Assembly (NCBI GenBank): GCA_951406725.2
Contig: OX597814.1
Coordinates: 197,656,001-197,720,000 of the forward strand
Direction of reading: 5' to 3'
DNA: 64,000 nucleotides
Source of the DNA: Octopus vulgaris
Taxonomy: Eukaryota
Shown: positions 13,200 to 25,830 of the stretch, piece after piece
Position numbering within the stretch: the stretch's first letter is position 1
Layout: each line of letters begins with the position of its first letter
Notes under the pieces: model-generated
What the model was told of the DNA's origin: nothing
Seen by the model: the letters and a program-made list of their open reading frames with translations, nothing else
Database searches by the model: none
Program-made: the position numbers and the translations under genes

Positions 13200-13700
13200 T
13201 ACAGAATCGATAACACTACTGATTGCGACAAATGCACAATGTGTAGTGGGGTGGATTAAACGGTACGGCACATCGTTAGCGAATGCCTGAAATTGGCTCA
13301 ATGCGAATACAAAAGACATGAAAATGTGGCAAGAATGATCTTTTGGGAGCGCTGTGGAAATTACAGCCTAGAAAGAGCAAAGACATGGTATGAGAGAATC
13401 CCAAAAGGAGTCACCGAGATTGAAAAGTGCAAAATCCTGTGGGATGCAATGATTCAGTGCGATTACCTGGCCAGACATCAGAAACCGGACATCGTTGTGG
13501 TGAATGAAAAGAAAGAACACGCATGATAATCGACATAGCGTGCCCCAGTGAAAACAGGATCAGTGTGAAAGAAGAAAAATAACTCGAAAACTACGATGAT
13601 TTGAAGTAGGAAATAGAAGACGTGATACCAGTAGTAATAGGAGCACTGGGAAGTATCAGCACTCCACTATCAACATGGAGGACAAAGATTGGTACTTATT
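13200..13700 (+). mobile_element. R4/Dong-type LINE zinc knuckle + RLE endonuclease fragment (pseudogenised)
   Basis: CTMC..TVRHIVSEC, RHENVA, WYE, KILWD, KPDIVV, IDIACP, VIPVVIGALG, with stops and frameshifts. Confidence 0.88.
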
Positions 13701-13764
13701 AGTCATGGAAATGAGGTTAAGTTCCAGGCTTATGGATCCTCATCTATTTATCGATTTGTCTATA

Positions 13765-14025
13765 GCTATTATCTATCTATCCCTCTATCCGTCTATCTAT
13801 CTCTCCGTCTATCTATCTATCTATCCATCTATCTATTCATCTATCTATCCATCTATCTATTTATCCATCTATTTATCCATCTATCTATTTATCCATCTAT
13901 TTATCCATCTATTTATTTATCCATCTATTTATCCATCCATCTATCTATCTATCCATCAATTCATCTATCCATCCATCTATCCATCCATCTATTTGTCCAT
14001 GTATCCAACCATCCATCTAACTATC
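13765..14025. repeat. (TCTA/TCCA)n tetranucleotide microsatellite
   Basis: Direct reading. Confidence 0.95.
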
Positions 14026-14724
14026 TTTTGCCGTAAGCTCAGGTCGACACACATTTTCTAACTGAAATTGTAAATGGAAAGTGAAACGAAGCCCGCCGAA
14101 ACCTGGTCCCACTCATTCCACTTCCATCTTAGGCAAACCTTTTTTTTCAATACCCTCGTGTCGGACACAGACCTTCTAAGTACAGTTAGACTGAAACTGT
14201 GCTGAATCCACTCAAAGTGGATCGTACTTGCAATTCAAAAGGTGCAGATTTGTCACACTTGGTATCACGCCTTTTCTGCCTCCTAACATTTAGGTTAAGA
14301 GTAAAGTGCCTGAGGAATATTCAGCCACTCATAATTTAATTCAATGAGAAAGTAATTTCGGTTGATCCAGAAACTGAGTCCTCGTCGTCAAACGACGGAG
14401 ATCCACCACCATATATATAGTAAAACTGCCATATCGCATTTGTCAATATTATCTTGTAATTCAAGAAAGGTTTTATAAAATACAGTTTTCGTAATTTTCC
14501 TAGAAAATCTTTCGACGTTTTCTATATTTATTATTCCATGGATTATGAAGCGGAATTAACTCTTTAAAAACGCTCGATTCCAAAATACAGCTGGTACATA
14601 TTTTATAAATCCCTGAACGAAGACAAAAGATAAATTATAAAGGAAAGGGGTTAAGAAGTGGACTTGACACTGATTGGCATTTATGTAAGCTTCTGTGGGA
14701 TTCTTAAGAAATATTTCTCTTCCG

Positions 14725-14806
14725 CATACACACATACACACACACACACGTGTATATGTATGTATATATATGTACATATATATATATATATGTATATGTA
14801 TATATA

Positions 14807-14848
<42 letters not shown>

Positions 14849-15148
14849 TAGATAGATATGTACATATAACTAAGATATATATATATACATACATAGGTGT
14901 GTCTGTATGTACACATGTAAATATATGTACATATATATATGTAAATGCAAATATATATGTGTGTGTGTGTAAATATATATATGTACATATACATGCGTTA
15001 AGACATTTATATATATATAAATGTAAAAATATATACATATATTTATATACATATAAATATGCTTATGTATATACAAATGTTATATGTCATACATATATAT
15101 ATAACATATATGTATAACATATATACATATACATATGTATATATATAG

Positions 15149-15180
<32 letters not shown>

Positions 15181-15440
15181 CTACAGATACACACATATAT
15201 CTATGTTATATATATATATATCTTATATATGTTATACACATAATGTATATATGTATGACATATAACATTTGTATATACATAAGCATATTTATATGTATAT
15301 AAATATATGTATATATATATGTGTGTTAAGACATCTATATATACATGTACAAATGCATATATTTATATATATGCTTATGTGTATATTTACATACATAGGT
15401 ATGTATGTATGTATGTATGTATGTATGTATGTATGTATAC
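14725..15440. repeat. TA/CA/TATG low-complexity tract
   Basis: Direct reading. Confidence 0.95.
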
Positions 15441-15658
15441 ACAAACAAAATCAATACAGCGAAAAATCTTTTCCAAACGATTGGATTTAAGGATTTATCG
15501 TCGGTAATTTATTTTAATGATTGTGACTTGTAGTATGTAAGACTTGTCTTATGGTGACCGTCATTTGAAGATGAACAAGTCTTATCGAAAATTTAAAATT
15601 AAACACCTACAGTATTCTAGCCGCAAAAATTTCGTTTTGCCTTTTACTTAGACTATGT

Positions 15659-15818
15659 ACAGGTGCAGGTGTGGCTGTGTGGTAAGCATGCTTCCCAACC
15701 ACATGGACTCAGGTTCAGTCCCTCTGCATGGCACCTTGGGAAAGTGTTTTCTACTATAGCTTCAAACCTACCAAAATCTTGTGAGGGGATGTGGTAGACG
15801 GAAACTGAAAGAAGCCCG

Positions 15819-15853
<35 letters not shown>

Positions 15854-16800
15854 TGTCTGTGTCTTTGTGTGAGTGCTTGTGTTTATCCTCACAACCGCTT
15901 GACAACCGATGCTGGTGTGTTTACGTCCGCGTAACTTAGCGGTTCGGCAAAAGAGACTGATAGAATAAGTACTAGGCTTATAAAGAATAAGTCCTGGGGT
16001 GTATTTGCTCGACTAAAGGCGGTGCTCCAGCATGGCCGCAGTCAAATGACTGAAACAAGTAAAAGGGTAAAGCGTAAAGCGCTGACGGAACCGATAGCAC
16101 GCCGGACAAAATGCTTAGCGGCATTTCGTTCGTCCTTACGTTCTCAGTTCAAATTCCGCCGAGGTAGACTTTACCTTTCATTCTTTCGGGGACAATGTAA
16201 TCGACTTAATGCTCTCCCCGAAACTGTTGGCCTTGTGCCATAATTTGAAATCAATACCCCAGTCAAAATATTTTCTTCGAATTTTAATCCCGCTTATTGT
16301 AATATTATTCCATGCGATAGCCTTGTTGGTCTATGAAGCATGAGGTCTCAGGTTCAAATCGCCAACGCGGCCTAAATTTTTTTTCTTCTATGAAGGATAC
16401 AAGAATGTCTATGTGATTCAAAAGCTCTCTTTCGCTTTTCAACGACGTGGTTTCTAGATCAAATCTCACTCTGCGAAACTTTGGATCGAAGGGAAACCTC
16501 GGATCTATTAATGCTTTGTGAGCGAATGTGACAGGCAGAAAGTGTGTGTAAGCCCGTTGTGTGTGTGTGTGTGTGTATGTGTGCGCGTGCATACGTCGTT
16601 GTTTGTCTCTCACAACTAGACAACCGATATTGTTTTGTTTACGTACCCATAAATATAGCGGCTTGAGAGAAAAAAAAACAATAGATAGAATTAGTACCAA
16701 CGGGACTTCAAATAAGTACTGAGCTCGATTTCATTGATTAAAACTTCAAGATGCTACTCCAGCATGGCCACGTCCTTTAACCAAAACCAGTAAAGGACTA
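15659..16800 (+). mobile_element. SINE cluster: A (15659-16070), B (16075-16255), old A (about 16420-16795)
   Basis: Family-diagnostic motifs in the same orientation. Confidence 0.85.
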
Positions 16801-17489
16801 TCAGAGAGATATCTATATCGTAATCTCATCTAACATTCAGGTAATCTATTCTAAACAAGCTGCCCTCTTAACTGATTTATAATCTTCTAACTATCAGCTA
16901 ATATAATTGCTTTCTGTTGATATATATATATAGGCAACACCAAATTTATAAGTTTATATGGAATAAACTAGTAATTATAGTATAGACAGCATTTAATGAC
17001 ACATCTAGGCTGGATTAATGGCCGAGAAAATAATATTTACCATGAAATTGAGACTGAGAATAATGATGGCTTCTTGATATTCAGACTAATTCTTCAATTT
17101 GCAGTTTGCATCTATCTACGCTTATTTCATTACTGTGTTTGACGTTTCTTCATTGAAATAGTTGTTAATGCAGTGAATTTTTAGTCGTGTATGGACTGAT
17201 AAGCTAAGATCGCTTTGGTGCCATTTGAACACGGAATACTTAAAGTTAAACTAAATACATGTAGCTTCATTTATCGCTGATTCATTCATCATTGGTCCGA
17301 AATAATACGGTATATTCAATTATGAATGAAGTTACGCTTATCAAGGATTGATCTGTAAGAACACCGGTCAGCGATAAGCCGAAGACTCTACCTGCACTGC
17401 AAGAATGCACGACAGCGAGCACCAACAATGCTCAGTTACCCAGAATGCATTGACTATTGGTGTTTTTACATATTTGTACCCATCAAACT

Positions 17490-17747
17490 GTGGAGGCACG
17501 TAGCCCAGTGGTTAGAGCAGCGGACTCGTGGTCGAGGGATCGCGGGCGATATGTATGTTTATGAGCGAAACACCTAAGCTCCAGGCGAACTTCTGCTGAC
17601 TCTTTCGCCACACCTTTCTCTCACTCTTTCCTCCTGCAGCTAATCTGCGACGGACCGGCGTCCCGTCCAGGTGGGGAACCTATACGCCAAAGAAACCGGG
17701 AAACCGGCCCTTATGAGTCAGGCATAGCTCGAGAAGGTAAAAACAAC
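17490..17747 (+). mobile_element. SINE family D (tRNA-Arg-like head, tail X), internally deleted; octopus OR-type by recall
   Basis: GGAGGCACGTAGCCCAGTGGTTAGAGCAGCGGAC head; CTGCGACGGACCGGCGTCCCGTCCAGG box; near-identical to 30566-30869. Confidence 0.8.
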
Positions 17748-17794
17748 CCATCATCATGGGACCAGTGAAAAGAAAATATGTACGGGTACCAGAT

Positions 17795-17935
17795 CCAAAA
17801 AAACGACGAAGATGAAAATATTCTTTACAGATAAAGGTGGAAATGATCATGAAACTACCAGACGATAGAAGCTTTGCTGCTGTGGGCCGCGAGTTTGGTG
17901 TCAATGAATCTATTATTCGTTTCATTTACAAAGTA
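17795..17935 (+). mobile_element. pogo/Tigger transposase N-terminal HTH (CENP-B/psq-like) fragment
   Basis: KKRRR*KYSLQIKVEMIMKLPDDRSFAAVGREFGVNESIIRFI, with an in-frame stop. Confidence 0.7.
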
Positions 17936-19466
17936 AGTGGAGATGGTTCGTTTGTCAGTGTGTTTTTCTTGGAACCAGATCCCTGCGAAAAACCATGATA
18001 GATGTATTAAGCAACGTATATAATCAGGCGCTTTCTATTCTTTCTGAAACTGACTTCCGCCATCTTTATTCAAAATACTTTATATGAATTCGAGAATTAT
18101 TGCAAGTTATAAAAGATTTTATATACACAGGCTTTTAAAATTATGATAGGTCGATACATAAGCACAAAGGGAAAAGCCACACGTTTATTTACACCTCTAC
18201 ATATACTCAAACTATATATATATATATTTGTATGTATGTATGTATTTGTATATGCTTTTATGGAAGAATATGTGTGTATGGTGGGAGTGAAAATGAATAA
18301 CTTATCCTAAATAGGTTTTTATAATATTATTGACGAATATTTTTAAATAAAATTATTTAAATGACTGGATCGAAACCCTTTGATAAATGATTAGTAAGTT
18401 CTAAAGTTCCTCTCCTAATAATGCTATAAGTCTGTTCGGTTTACATTATTGAAAATGTTGACAATCTATAGAATACAATTAAACGTGGATCCCTTTCTCC
18501 TTTCTTTTCCTCTTACCCCCCCCCCTCTCTCTCTCTTTCTCTCTCTCTCTACTTCTGTTCTCTGAAATAAAGTTGTAACGTCACGTACGTATTCCATTTA
18601 AAAAGAATTACTTTTGAAATACAATCGATTTTTCTTGCGATAAACAAACGCACAACACTCCTCTAACTATTTCGGTTTTGAAGCAACGTCGATGCGTGAT
18701 CGTTGGCTTTGGTCCTAACTGGGCGTGGCTAATTGCTTAAGAAATGTTAGGTTAGATTATCGCAAAAAAAAGATCCACCGTAATTCATTGTTGATAAATT
18801 GAGTTACAATTATCGGAATAATTTCAGTGAGCCTTATTTAGACAATATTGACCCCAGAGACTAAAGACGGCTACTTTATATCAATAATCTTGATGGTAGC
18901 CTATAAAGTCGAGACTACCCTAGTTGTTAAGTGGCTCTCATGGGAATTCTTCTTTTACAAGATAAGTGAAAGATATTTGTGGAAATCTCAATCTTCTGCC
19001 ATTATATTTGTTCCTTTTCCGTTATATTATAATAGGAAAAGCAATCATTTGATATATCGTAAACGGATAAATGGAAGATGAAGTGGTCAGCATCTCGCGA
19101 TTCTTTAGTCTAATACACGTCAATGAAATGCTCCGTGAGAAGACATATCTCACAGAGAGTGGTTGGGGGGGGGGGGGGGGTTAACTGATAGATTTAAGAA
19201 TTCCAGAATATTCTAGCTTAACTTTATCAAATCTCAATAACCATTCGATCCTAGGAAGAAATAGTTTATTTATAGCTTGAAGTGTCGATACTAATTAAGC
19301 ATGTGATAAGTATAGCTATCTATCTACCTAGCTAGCTAGCTGTCGATTTATCTGTGTATTTATCTGTCTATCTATCTAACAAACTAGATAGATAGACAGA
19401 GAGAGAGAGAGAGAGACGTTTTATTATGTGTTAAGTTAATTTTTCATTTCAGGTTAAATGTATTAT

Positions 19467-20095
19467 AATTCTTTCTGCTATACGTACAAAGCATGGAATT
19501 GTGGGGAGAGGGATAGTTGATTACATTGATCCCAGTACTCAACTGGTACTTAATTTATCGACCCAGAAAAGATGAAAGGCAAAGTCGACCACGGCGGAAT
19601 TAGAACTCACAACGTAGCGGCAGACGAAATAACGCTGAGCATTTCGCCTGGCGTGCTAACGATCCTGCCAGCTCGCCGCCTTAATAATAATAATAATCAT
19701 TTCTACAGGAGACACAAGGCCTCAAGTTTATGGGTTCGGGACTCGTCGATTATATCGATCCCAGTACGCAAGTGATACTTAATTTCATCCCCGAAAGGAT
19801 GAAAGGCAAAGTCGACCTCGGCGGAATTTGAACTCAGAATGTGAAGTCAGACGAAATAAGGCTAATACGATGTATTATAATCTTTCCTACTCTAGGCACA
19901 AGGCCCGAAATTTTGGGGGAGGGGGCCCAGTCGATTAGATCAACCCAGTACACAACTGGTACTTAATTTATCGATCTCCGAAAGGACGAAAGGGAAAATT
20001 GACCTCGGCGGTATTTGAACTCACAACGTAGCGGCAGACGAAATACCTCTAAGCATTTTGCCCGGCGTGCTAACGATTCTGCCAGCTTGCCGCCT
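19467..20095 (-). mobile_element. three adjacent SINE B copies with tail 2
   Basis: Copies at about 19467-19681, 19697-19865 and 19882-20095; the last has a 16-bp TSD TACGATGTATTATAAT (19866-19881, 20096-20111). Confidence 0.9.
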
Positions 20096-21067
20096 TACGA
20101 TGTATTATAATATATAACAATTGATTCCTAGGAGAGTGTCATTCTGTGTAATTAAAAGTAGACAGACTGAAATACCCTTCAGTTGCTGGGTTCAGAGCAA
20201 ATTATCTCTCAAAGACAGTTTGTTACTGTCACTATTGCTGTCCCTTCTTCTCGAAAGATCTCACTAGCAAGCTTCTCGTTGAAAATAGTATCACAGGGGA
20301 AAAGCAAGTGATTATTAATGGAGAATGTCGTTTCCAAGGCTTTTCGAACATTTTCAATGCAGTTCGTACCGTTTCCCAGCTGTCTTTGTTTTCTAATTTA
20401 GAAAATTGAAAGTCAATAAAATCTACTGATCGATAACAGCATGGCATCAGAGAAATGGACAGCAATGGCGTCCGAAATAAGGATTTAGTGTGTGATAATA
20501 AAGCGGTGGTTGGCAAAACCTCCTAAAATAGTTATAGGAAGAGGGTAAAACAGATTTTTAATGGTTAGTTTTTCAGAGTTCGGTATTATGGAGACTGTAT
20601 CATGAAATGCATGTGTACCGTTTGTACTTCTCGAAATTCTTCAAATGATTGACACCATCGATTTCCGATGGAGTATTAGGATAACAGAAAGAGGTTGTGT
20701 CTATATAACACAGCTTCTGAAATTAAGAGGATATTCTGCAGCGCTACAGAATGCATATAAGTTATTATTTTGATTTATAAACCTTCCTATTGTGAGCTAT
20801 CTTACCACTTAATTGAACGTAGCCGTTCGTCTTTGCATCGTGAAATAGAAAGAGGCAGAGTGTTAGTGTTCAATCAAGAAAAAACAAAAGATTGAGAAAC
20901 ACGGAATGGTAATGAGAGAAAGAAGAAATTACTCCTTCCTTCTCAATCTCACTTTGGCTTTCTCCCACGTCCCTTTCTCGCTCTTGTCTTCCTCTTCTTT
21001 CCTTCTTAGATACATATACGCAGTTATATGTCAACCATTCCACGTTTACGCCGAAATAACCAGGAAA

Positions 21068-21518
21068 TACGAATGGATGCTGAAAAGTTCCTGGCTTTAA
21101 GGGTGTTACAAAAGGCCTGGTTGGGGGCCCAACCTTCCAAGTTCTTTGACAGAGCTAAGAAAAACTGAAAGACCACTGCAGTAAGTGTGTGAATTTGAGA
21201 AAGATCTACTGATTGATAACATCACTGCATCAGAGAAATGGAAAGCCATGGCATCCGAAATAAGGATTTAGTGTGTGATAATAAAGCGGTGGTTGGCAAA
21301 ACCTCCTAAAATAGTTATAGGAAGAGGGTAAAACAGATTTTTAATGGTTAGTTTTTCAGAGTTCGGTATTATGGAGACTGTATCATGAAATGCATGTGTA
21401 CCATTTGTACTTCTCGAAATTCTTCAAATGATTGACGCCATCGAGAAAAATCCTAATCAACTGATCCTCCTTTATTTTCTTTTTCCCAAAACCAGTAACT
21501 TATCAACACCCTATCGTG
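21068..21518 (+). mobile_element. mariner-type MITE carrying a captured 241-bp segment
   Basis: TACGAATGGATGCTGAAAAGTTCCTGGCTTT ... AAAACCAGTAACTTATCAACACCCTATCGTG imperfect TIRs; second partial copy at 29113-29286. Confidence 0.75.
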
Positions 21519-21659
21519 AACGCAAAAACCGCATTATTACAGCTAATCCGGCTCTGGGGATCCAAAAACTTTTATTGAGTTCATATTAAATGATTATGAA
21601 ACTAATTATTCAGACGTATACCGAATCAGTACATTAGTTTTATCAGTCAATGAGTTAAT

Positions 21660-22585
21660 TGTAAGATCATTCCCAAATTATGAGAAATACCAATAAAACC
21701 GCAAATATTACTCGCGTGAAAAGGGAATACAAGCACCAAAGCATATCGCAGCCTCTCTTGGACACAAGACCACTACATCACATCATACTTTGAACGTTAT
21801 GCGTTTACAATCCAGGAACAGGAGATTGCCACAAAGTACCTGGTGAACAAGACAGACAGTGACGCTCTTGTAATCGCAAGGTGCTACCGCATGTGTAGGC
21901 TATGTCACGTTTCTGTAGAAGACGTTAACCATGTGGTTAGCAGCTGTCCTAAAATGTCATCTTCCTATGCAGCACGATATTGTCGCTAAACCAATTTACA
22001 ATGCCATCTGCAAGAAAGACTATCCTGAAATAAACTTAGAAAATCCCTCTGTTATGGAATACATTCATAGACACCAACACAAGGAATACTGGTGGAATCT
22101 TCCCATCAAAACTTCTGTCAAATGTAAACATAACAGGCTGAATATTGTTGTTTGGGACTGAGGGGCAAAGGTATGTACCATCATGGAGGTTAGCTGCTCT
22201 GGAGACATAAATATCTCTTTGAATATCAAAGAAAAAGAGAATATGGACAAATTATTTGAAACTTCCAGCTTCTATATTCAGACTATGAATTCATATTCAA
22301 GCCAATAATAATTGGAGCACTAGGTTTTGTTAGTAAATGCTTAAAGAGAATCTGAATAAACTGAGATTTTCAGAAAGAGAAATCGACTGGCTAATTCATA
22401 CATTACAAATGCAATCTATGAGTGGAACAGTAAAAATATGCAAGACTTTTCTCAAGTTCCAAATGTGAACTTGTCTCTGTTAACTAGATAAGAGATGTTA
22501 ACAAAGATGGAGCCTTGTCTCTTTGTTGGAAACAAAGCTGAGGATTTATAATTAAAAAATAGAAAATACACATACATACATACAT
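21660..22585 (+). mobile_element. R4/Dong-type LINE 3' portion (zinc knuckle + RLE), pseudogenised
   Basis: IQEQEIATKYLVNK, CRLCHVSVEDVNHVVSSCPKMS, HDIVAK, YWWNLPIKT..HNRLNIVVWD, PIIIGALG, SGTVKICKTFLKF*; ends in (TACA)n. Confidence 0.88.
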
Positions 22586-23290
22586 AATATATTATATATT
22601 ATATGTAGCGAAGAAGGGCGATCTCCATACGGTTAGAAAGGCGTGCTAGAAATAGCAGTTAAATCTATCTCAGATCAGACCTTCTGTTCTTTCACACACT
22701 AGCAACCTTTTCTGGTGACGGAAAACAGGGAATTGCCACTAAATTCTTCCGTCACCAAAGAAACAGATATATCAATAAGAAAGATACGTAATTCCAAAAC
22801 GTTGGCTTGAGATATTAACTAATTCCAACGTGTTGGCTTACGTGATCGATGTGGCTGTCAAAGTAATCATTCTCTAAGTGATAGAGTATCCGTTGATCAG
22901 GTTAGAAAAATGCAAAGTGATAACTGCATAACAAATATATTAGTTTGTAAGTTTAGAATTATAATAAATCTAGAAGAAGTTGCTTTGAGAGATAATTTCA
23001 AACTGAAAGGTCTCCGGGGAATGAGGACGAAGTTGGAAAATTACCAGAACGTAATGGCAGTGACATTTCTCTTTTCAAATGCTTCGATGGTTTTGATAAT
23101 ATCTTGTCTCAGTAAATGTCTGTTGATTCGCTTTTTGTATAAAAGGATTTTTTTTATATGAGGTGTGGTGGTGGTAGGAGTTATTTGTTGTTGAGGGATT
23201 TATATTCAAATAGTTGGGATTACATGAAGGTGGTGTTGGTGGTGGAGGTGAATGTGTTGGGGATTCTATTGCTGTGAAAGGGATTGGATG

Positions 23291-23655
23291 GAAGCACTCC
23301 GTCGGTTACGACGATGAGGTTTCCGGTTGATCCGAATCAACGGAACAGCCTGCTCGTGAAATTAACGTGTAAGTGGCTGAGCACTCCACAGACACGTGTA
23401 CCCTTAACGTAGTTCTCGGAGATATTCAGCGTGACACAGAGAGTGACAAGGCCGGCCCTTTGAAATACAGGTACAACAGAAACAGGAAGTAAGAGTGAGA
23501 TAAAGTTGTGGTGAAAGAGTACAGCAGGGATCACCACCATCCCCTGCCGGAGCCTCGTGGAGCTTTTAGGTGTTTTCGCTCAATAAACACTCACAACGCC
23601 CGGTCTGGGAATCGAAACCGCGATCCTATGACCGCGAATCCGCTGCCCTAACCAC
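23291..23655 (-). mobile_element. SINE with family D head + tail Y (OR-type by recall)
   Basis: Head GTGGTTAGGGCAGCGGATTCGCGG..GTTTCGATTCCCAGACCGG as in family D; 3' half as in family C. Confidence 0.85.
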
Positions 23656-24529
23656 CTCCACACCACCTTAACACCACCCACATAAAATATAATGTATTTA
23701 ACTACATTACAGCTCATCCATCACACTATAACCGTTTTTGGTCCCCATTATGTCACCTTCAACATAATTATCACTATTTCCCCTTCTACTACAATATAAA
23801 CCTCTCTATCACAATAATATCACAGTTTCAATTAAAGTGTGAGTGGATTTGGTAGACGGAAACTGTAAAACCGTCGTGTATATATATATATATAATGTAT
23901 TTGTGTGTCTGTATTATGAAACATTTCAGTACCATGGGAGAATTTCAACCGTGTTTCGTGGTCTGCTACCACAACAGCTCCTTTATAGGATCCAGTTAGC
24001 TCAAGACATCATCAGTAGGAACCACGCCCGGTTTCGGCCCCTACTCCTCTACCGTTTTGACGTGACGCCCCCTCCCCCACTTCGGAGGTGTCTTCAGCTC
24101 TGGTGTTGGGTGCATGTCTTCATTCTTCTTCTGTTCCCTGGCCTCTTCGATGTAGCATCAACGAGTGTCAGCGGGCGATTGACTGTCTTGTCAAATTTCC
24201 CTTTAAATACCTGCTGCTAATCTCTTCAGCTATACTATAACCATTCCAAGTGAAACGAAACTATAACCCTAACTACCTTTTAGTTCATTGGAGCCCTAGC
24301 GGCGCAATGTAGCCTCTCTACTACTACAAAAATATAAGCAAAAGATACTGGCACTTGGTCGGTTACAACAACGAGAGTTCCAGTTGATCTGACCAAGGGA
24401 GCAGCCTGCTCGTGAAATTAACACGCAAGTGGCTGAGCACCTCACGACTGTGCTTACCCTTAACACAGAATGATACTTGTTTTCTTTCTGTTTTTTTTTT
24501 CTTTTTATTCGTTTTACTTGTTTTAGACA

Positions 24530-25190
24530 TACTCTTTTGCTCTTTTACTTGTTTCAGTCATTTGACTGTGGCCATGCTGGAGCACCGCCTTTAGTTGAGC
24601 AACTCAACCCCAGGGCTTATTCTTTGTAAGCCTAGTACTTATTCTATCGGTCTCTTTTGCCGAACCGCTAAGTTACGGGGACGTAAACACATGGGCTAAA
24701 AAGTCACAAAAATAATATAAATCAATGACAGAGCTATTGTCATATGAATCAGTCTTCATATGATATTCTTTCTACAATAAGCACAAGGTTTGAAATTTTG
24801 ATGGGTGGGAGCTGAACTGGTCCTTATTTCATCAACCCCGATGAAATGAAAGGTAAAACTGACATCGGCAGAATTTTAACTCAGAACATACAGAACTGGA
24901 ATAAATACTGCAAAGCATTTTACCCAGCATGCTAACAATTCTGCCAGCTCACCGCCTTCAGTCTTTAAATTCTTTTTTTTTTACTTGTTTCAGTCATTTG
25001 ACAGCGGCCATGCTGGGGCACCGCCTTTCGTCGAATAAAACCGACCAAAGGACTTATTCTTTATAAGCCTAGTACTTATTCTATTGGTTACTTTTGCCGA
25101 ACTGCTAAGTTACGGTTACGTAAACACTAACACCAGTATCAAGTGGTGGTGAGGGAACAAATACAGACACACAAATACATTATATATATA
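24530..25190 (-). mobile_element. cluster of 5'-truncated SINE A (24530-24690, 24975-25190) and old SINE B (24766-24958)
   Basis: Family-diagnostic motifs. Confidence 0.85.
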
Positions 25191-25314
25191 CACGGAACCC
25201 TCCTCGTCGTAACCGACGGAATGCTTCCTAAAGTTAACGTGGTGAAAGAATTCCTGTTGCGTGAAGGTGGGTGTATCGTTGAGGGGTTTTTATATTGCAG
25301 TATTTATATTAGCT

Positions 25315-25710
25315 AGTTCTCTCCGTGCCATGAGACACTAAATGCCACAACACGGTTTCTCCAACCAGCCCTGTTTTGTACCGCTGTTCTGATCTTATTC
25401 CAGCTTCTCCACCCTTCTCGTCTCCTTTCCTTATAAATGGTCATTCACTGTGTAGTTTTATGGTGCCCTGCTGCGCTTTTCCCCTCAGGCTACTACAATC
25501 GTTTTCTCTATCTTGTCTGAAGACGTGTCCAGTCAAGTTCCATTGTCTGCATCTTATTTCTTCACTGATCCTGTTGATGTCTTTTTCTGTCTCAATTGTG
25601 TCACTTTGAACCTTTTACAGCCGCGTGATGTCGAGTATTTATCCTTAAGTATTTGAATTAGTTGTCCATTGTTTTTTCTTCCATTTCTCCAATGCTTTTT
25701 CTTCCATTTT
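25315..25710 (-). mobile_element. RTE LINE 3' fragment
   Basis: RQWNLTGHVFRQ and QNRAGWRNRVVA on the minus strand. Confidence 0.65.
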
Positions 25711-25830
25711 GAATTATCGTGTTAGGGTACTTATCCTAATGAGTAAGATGATGCGATAATAATATCGTGGGTTCAAAACTTAGACTTGTCATTGGATTTT
25801 GTCCTTGAGCAAGCTGCTATATATTATTTA

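Noticed and set aside
13293-13526. Functional endonuclease CDS
   Set aside because: Fragment of an R4-type retrotransposon with flanking stops and frameshifts.
22709-22763. Short hairpin TGGTGACGGAA..TTCCGTCACCA as a miRNA or MITE
   Set aside because: Only about 11-14 bp of pairing, with no TSD or second copy.
23940-24025. Minus-strand CTGATGA...GAAAC as a third hammerhead
   Set aside because: No stem I pairing across the putative cleavage site, and stem II is unconvincing; the GC-richer 23910-24230 block remains unclassified.
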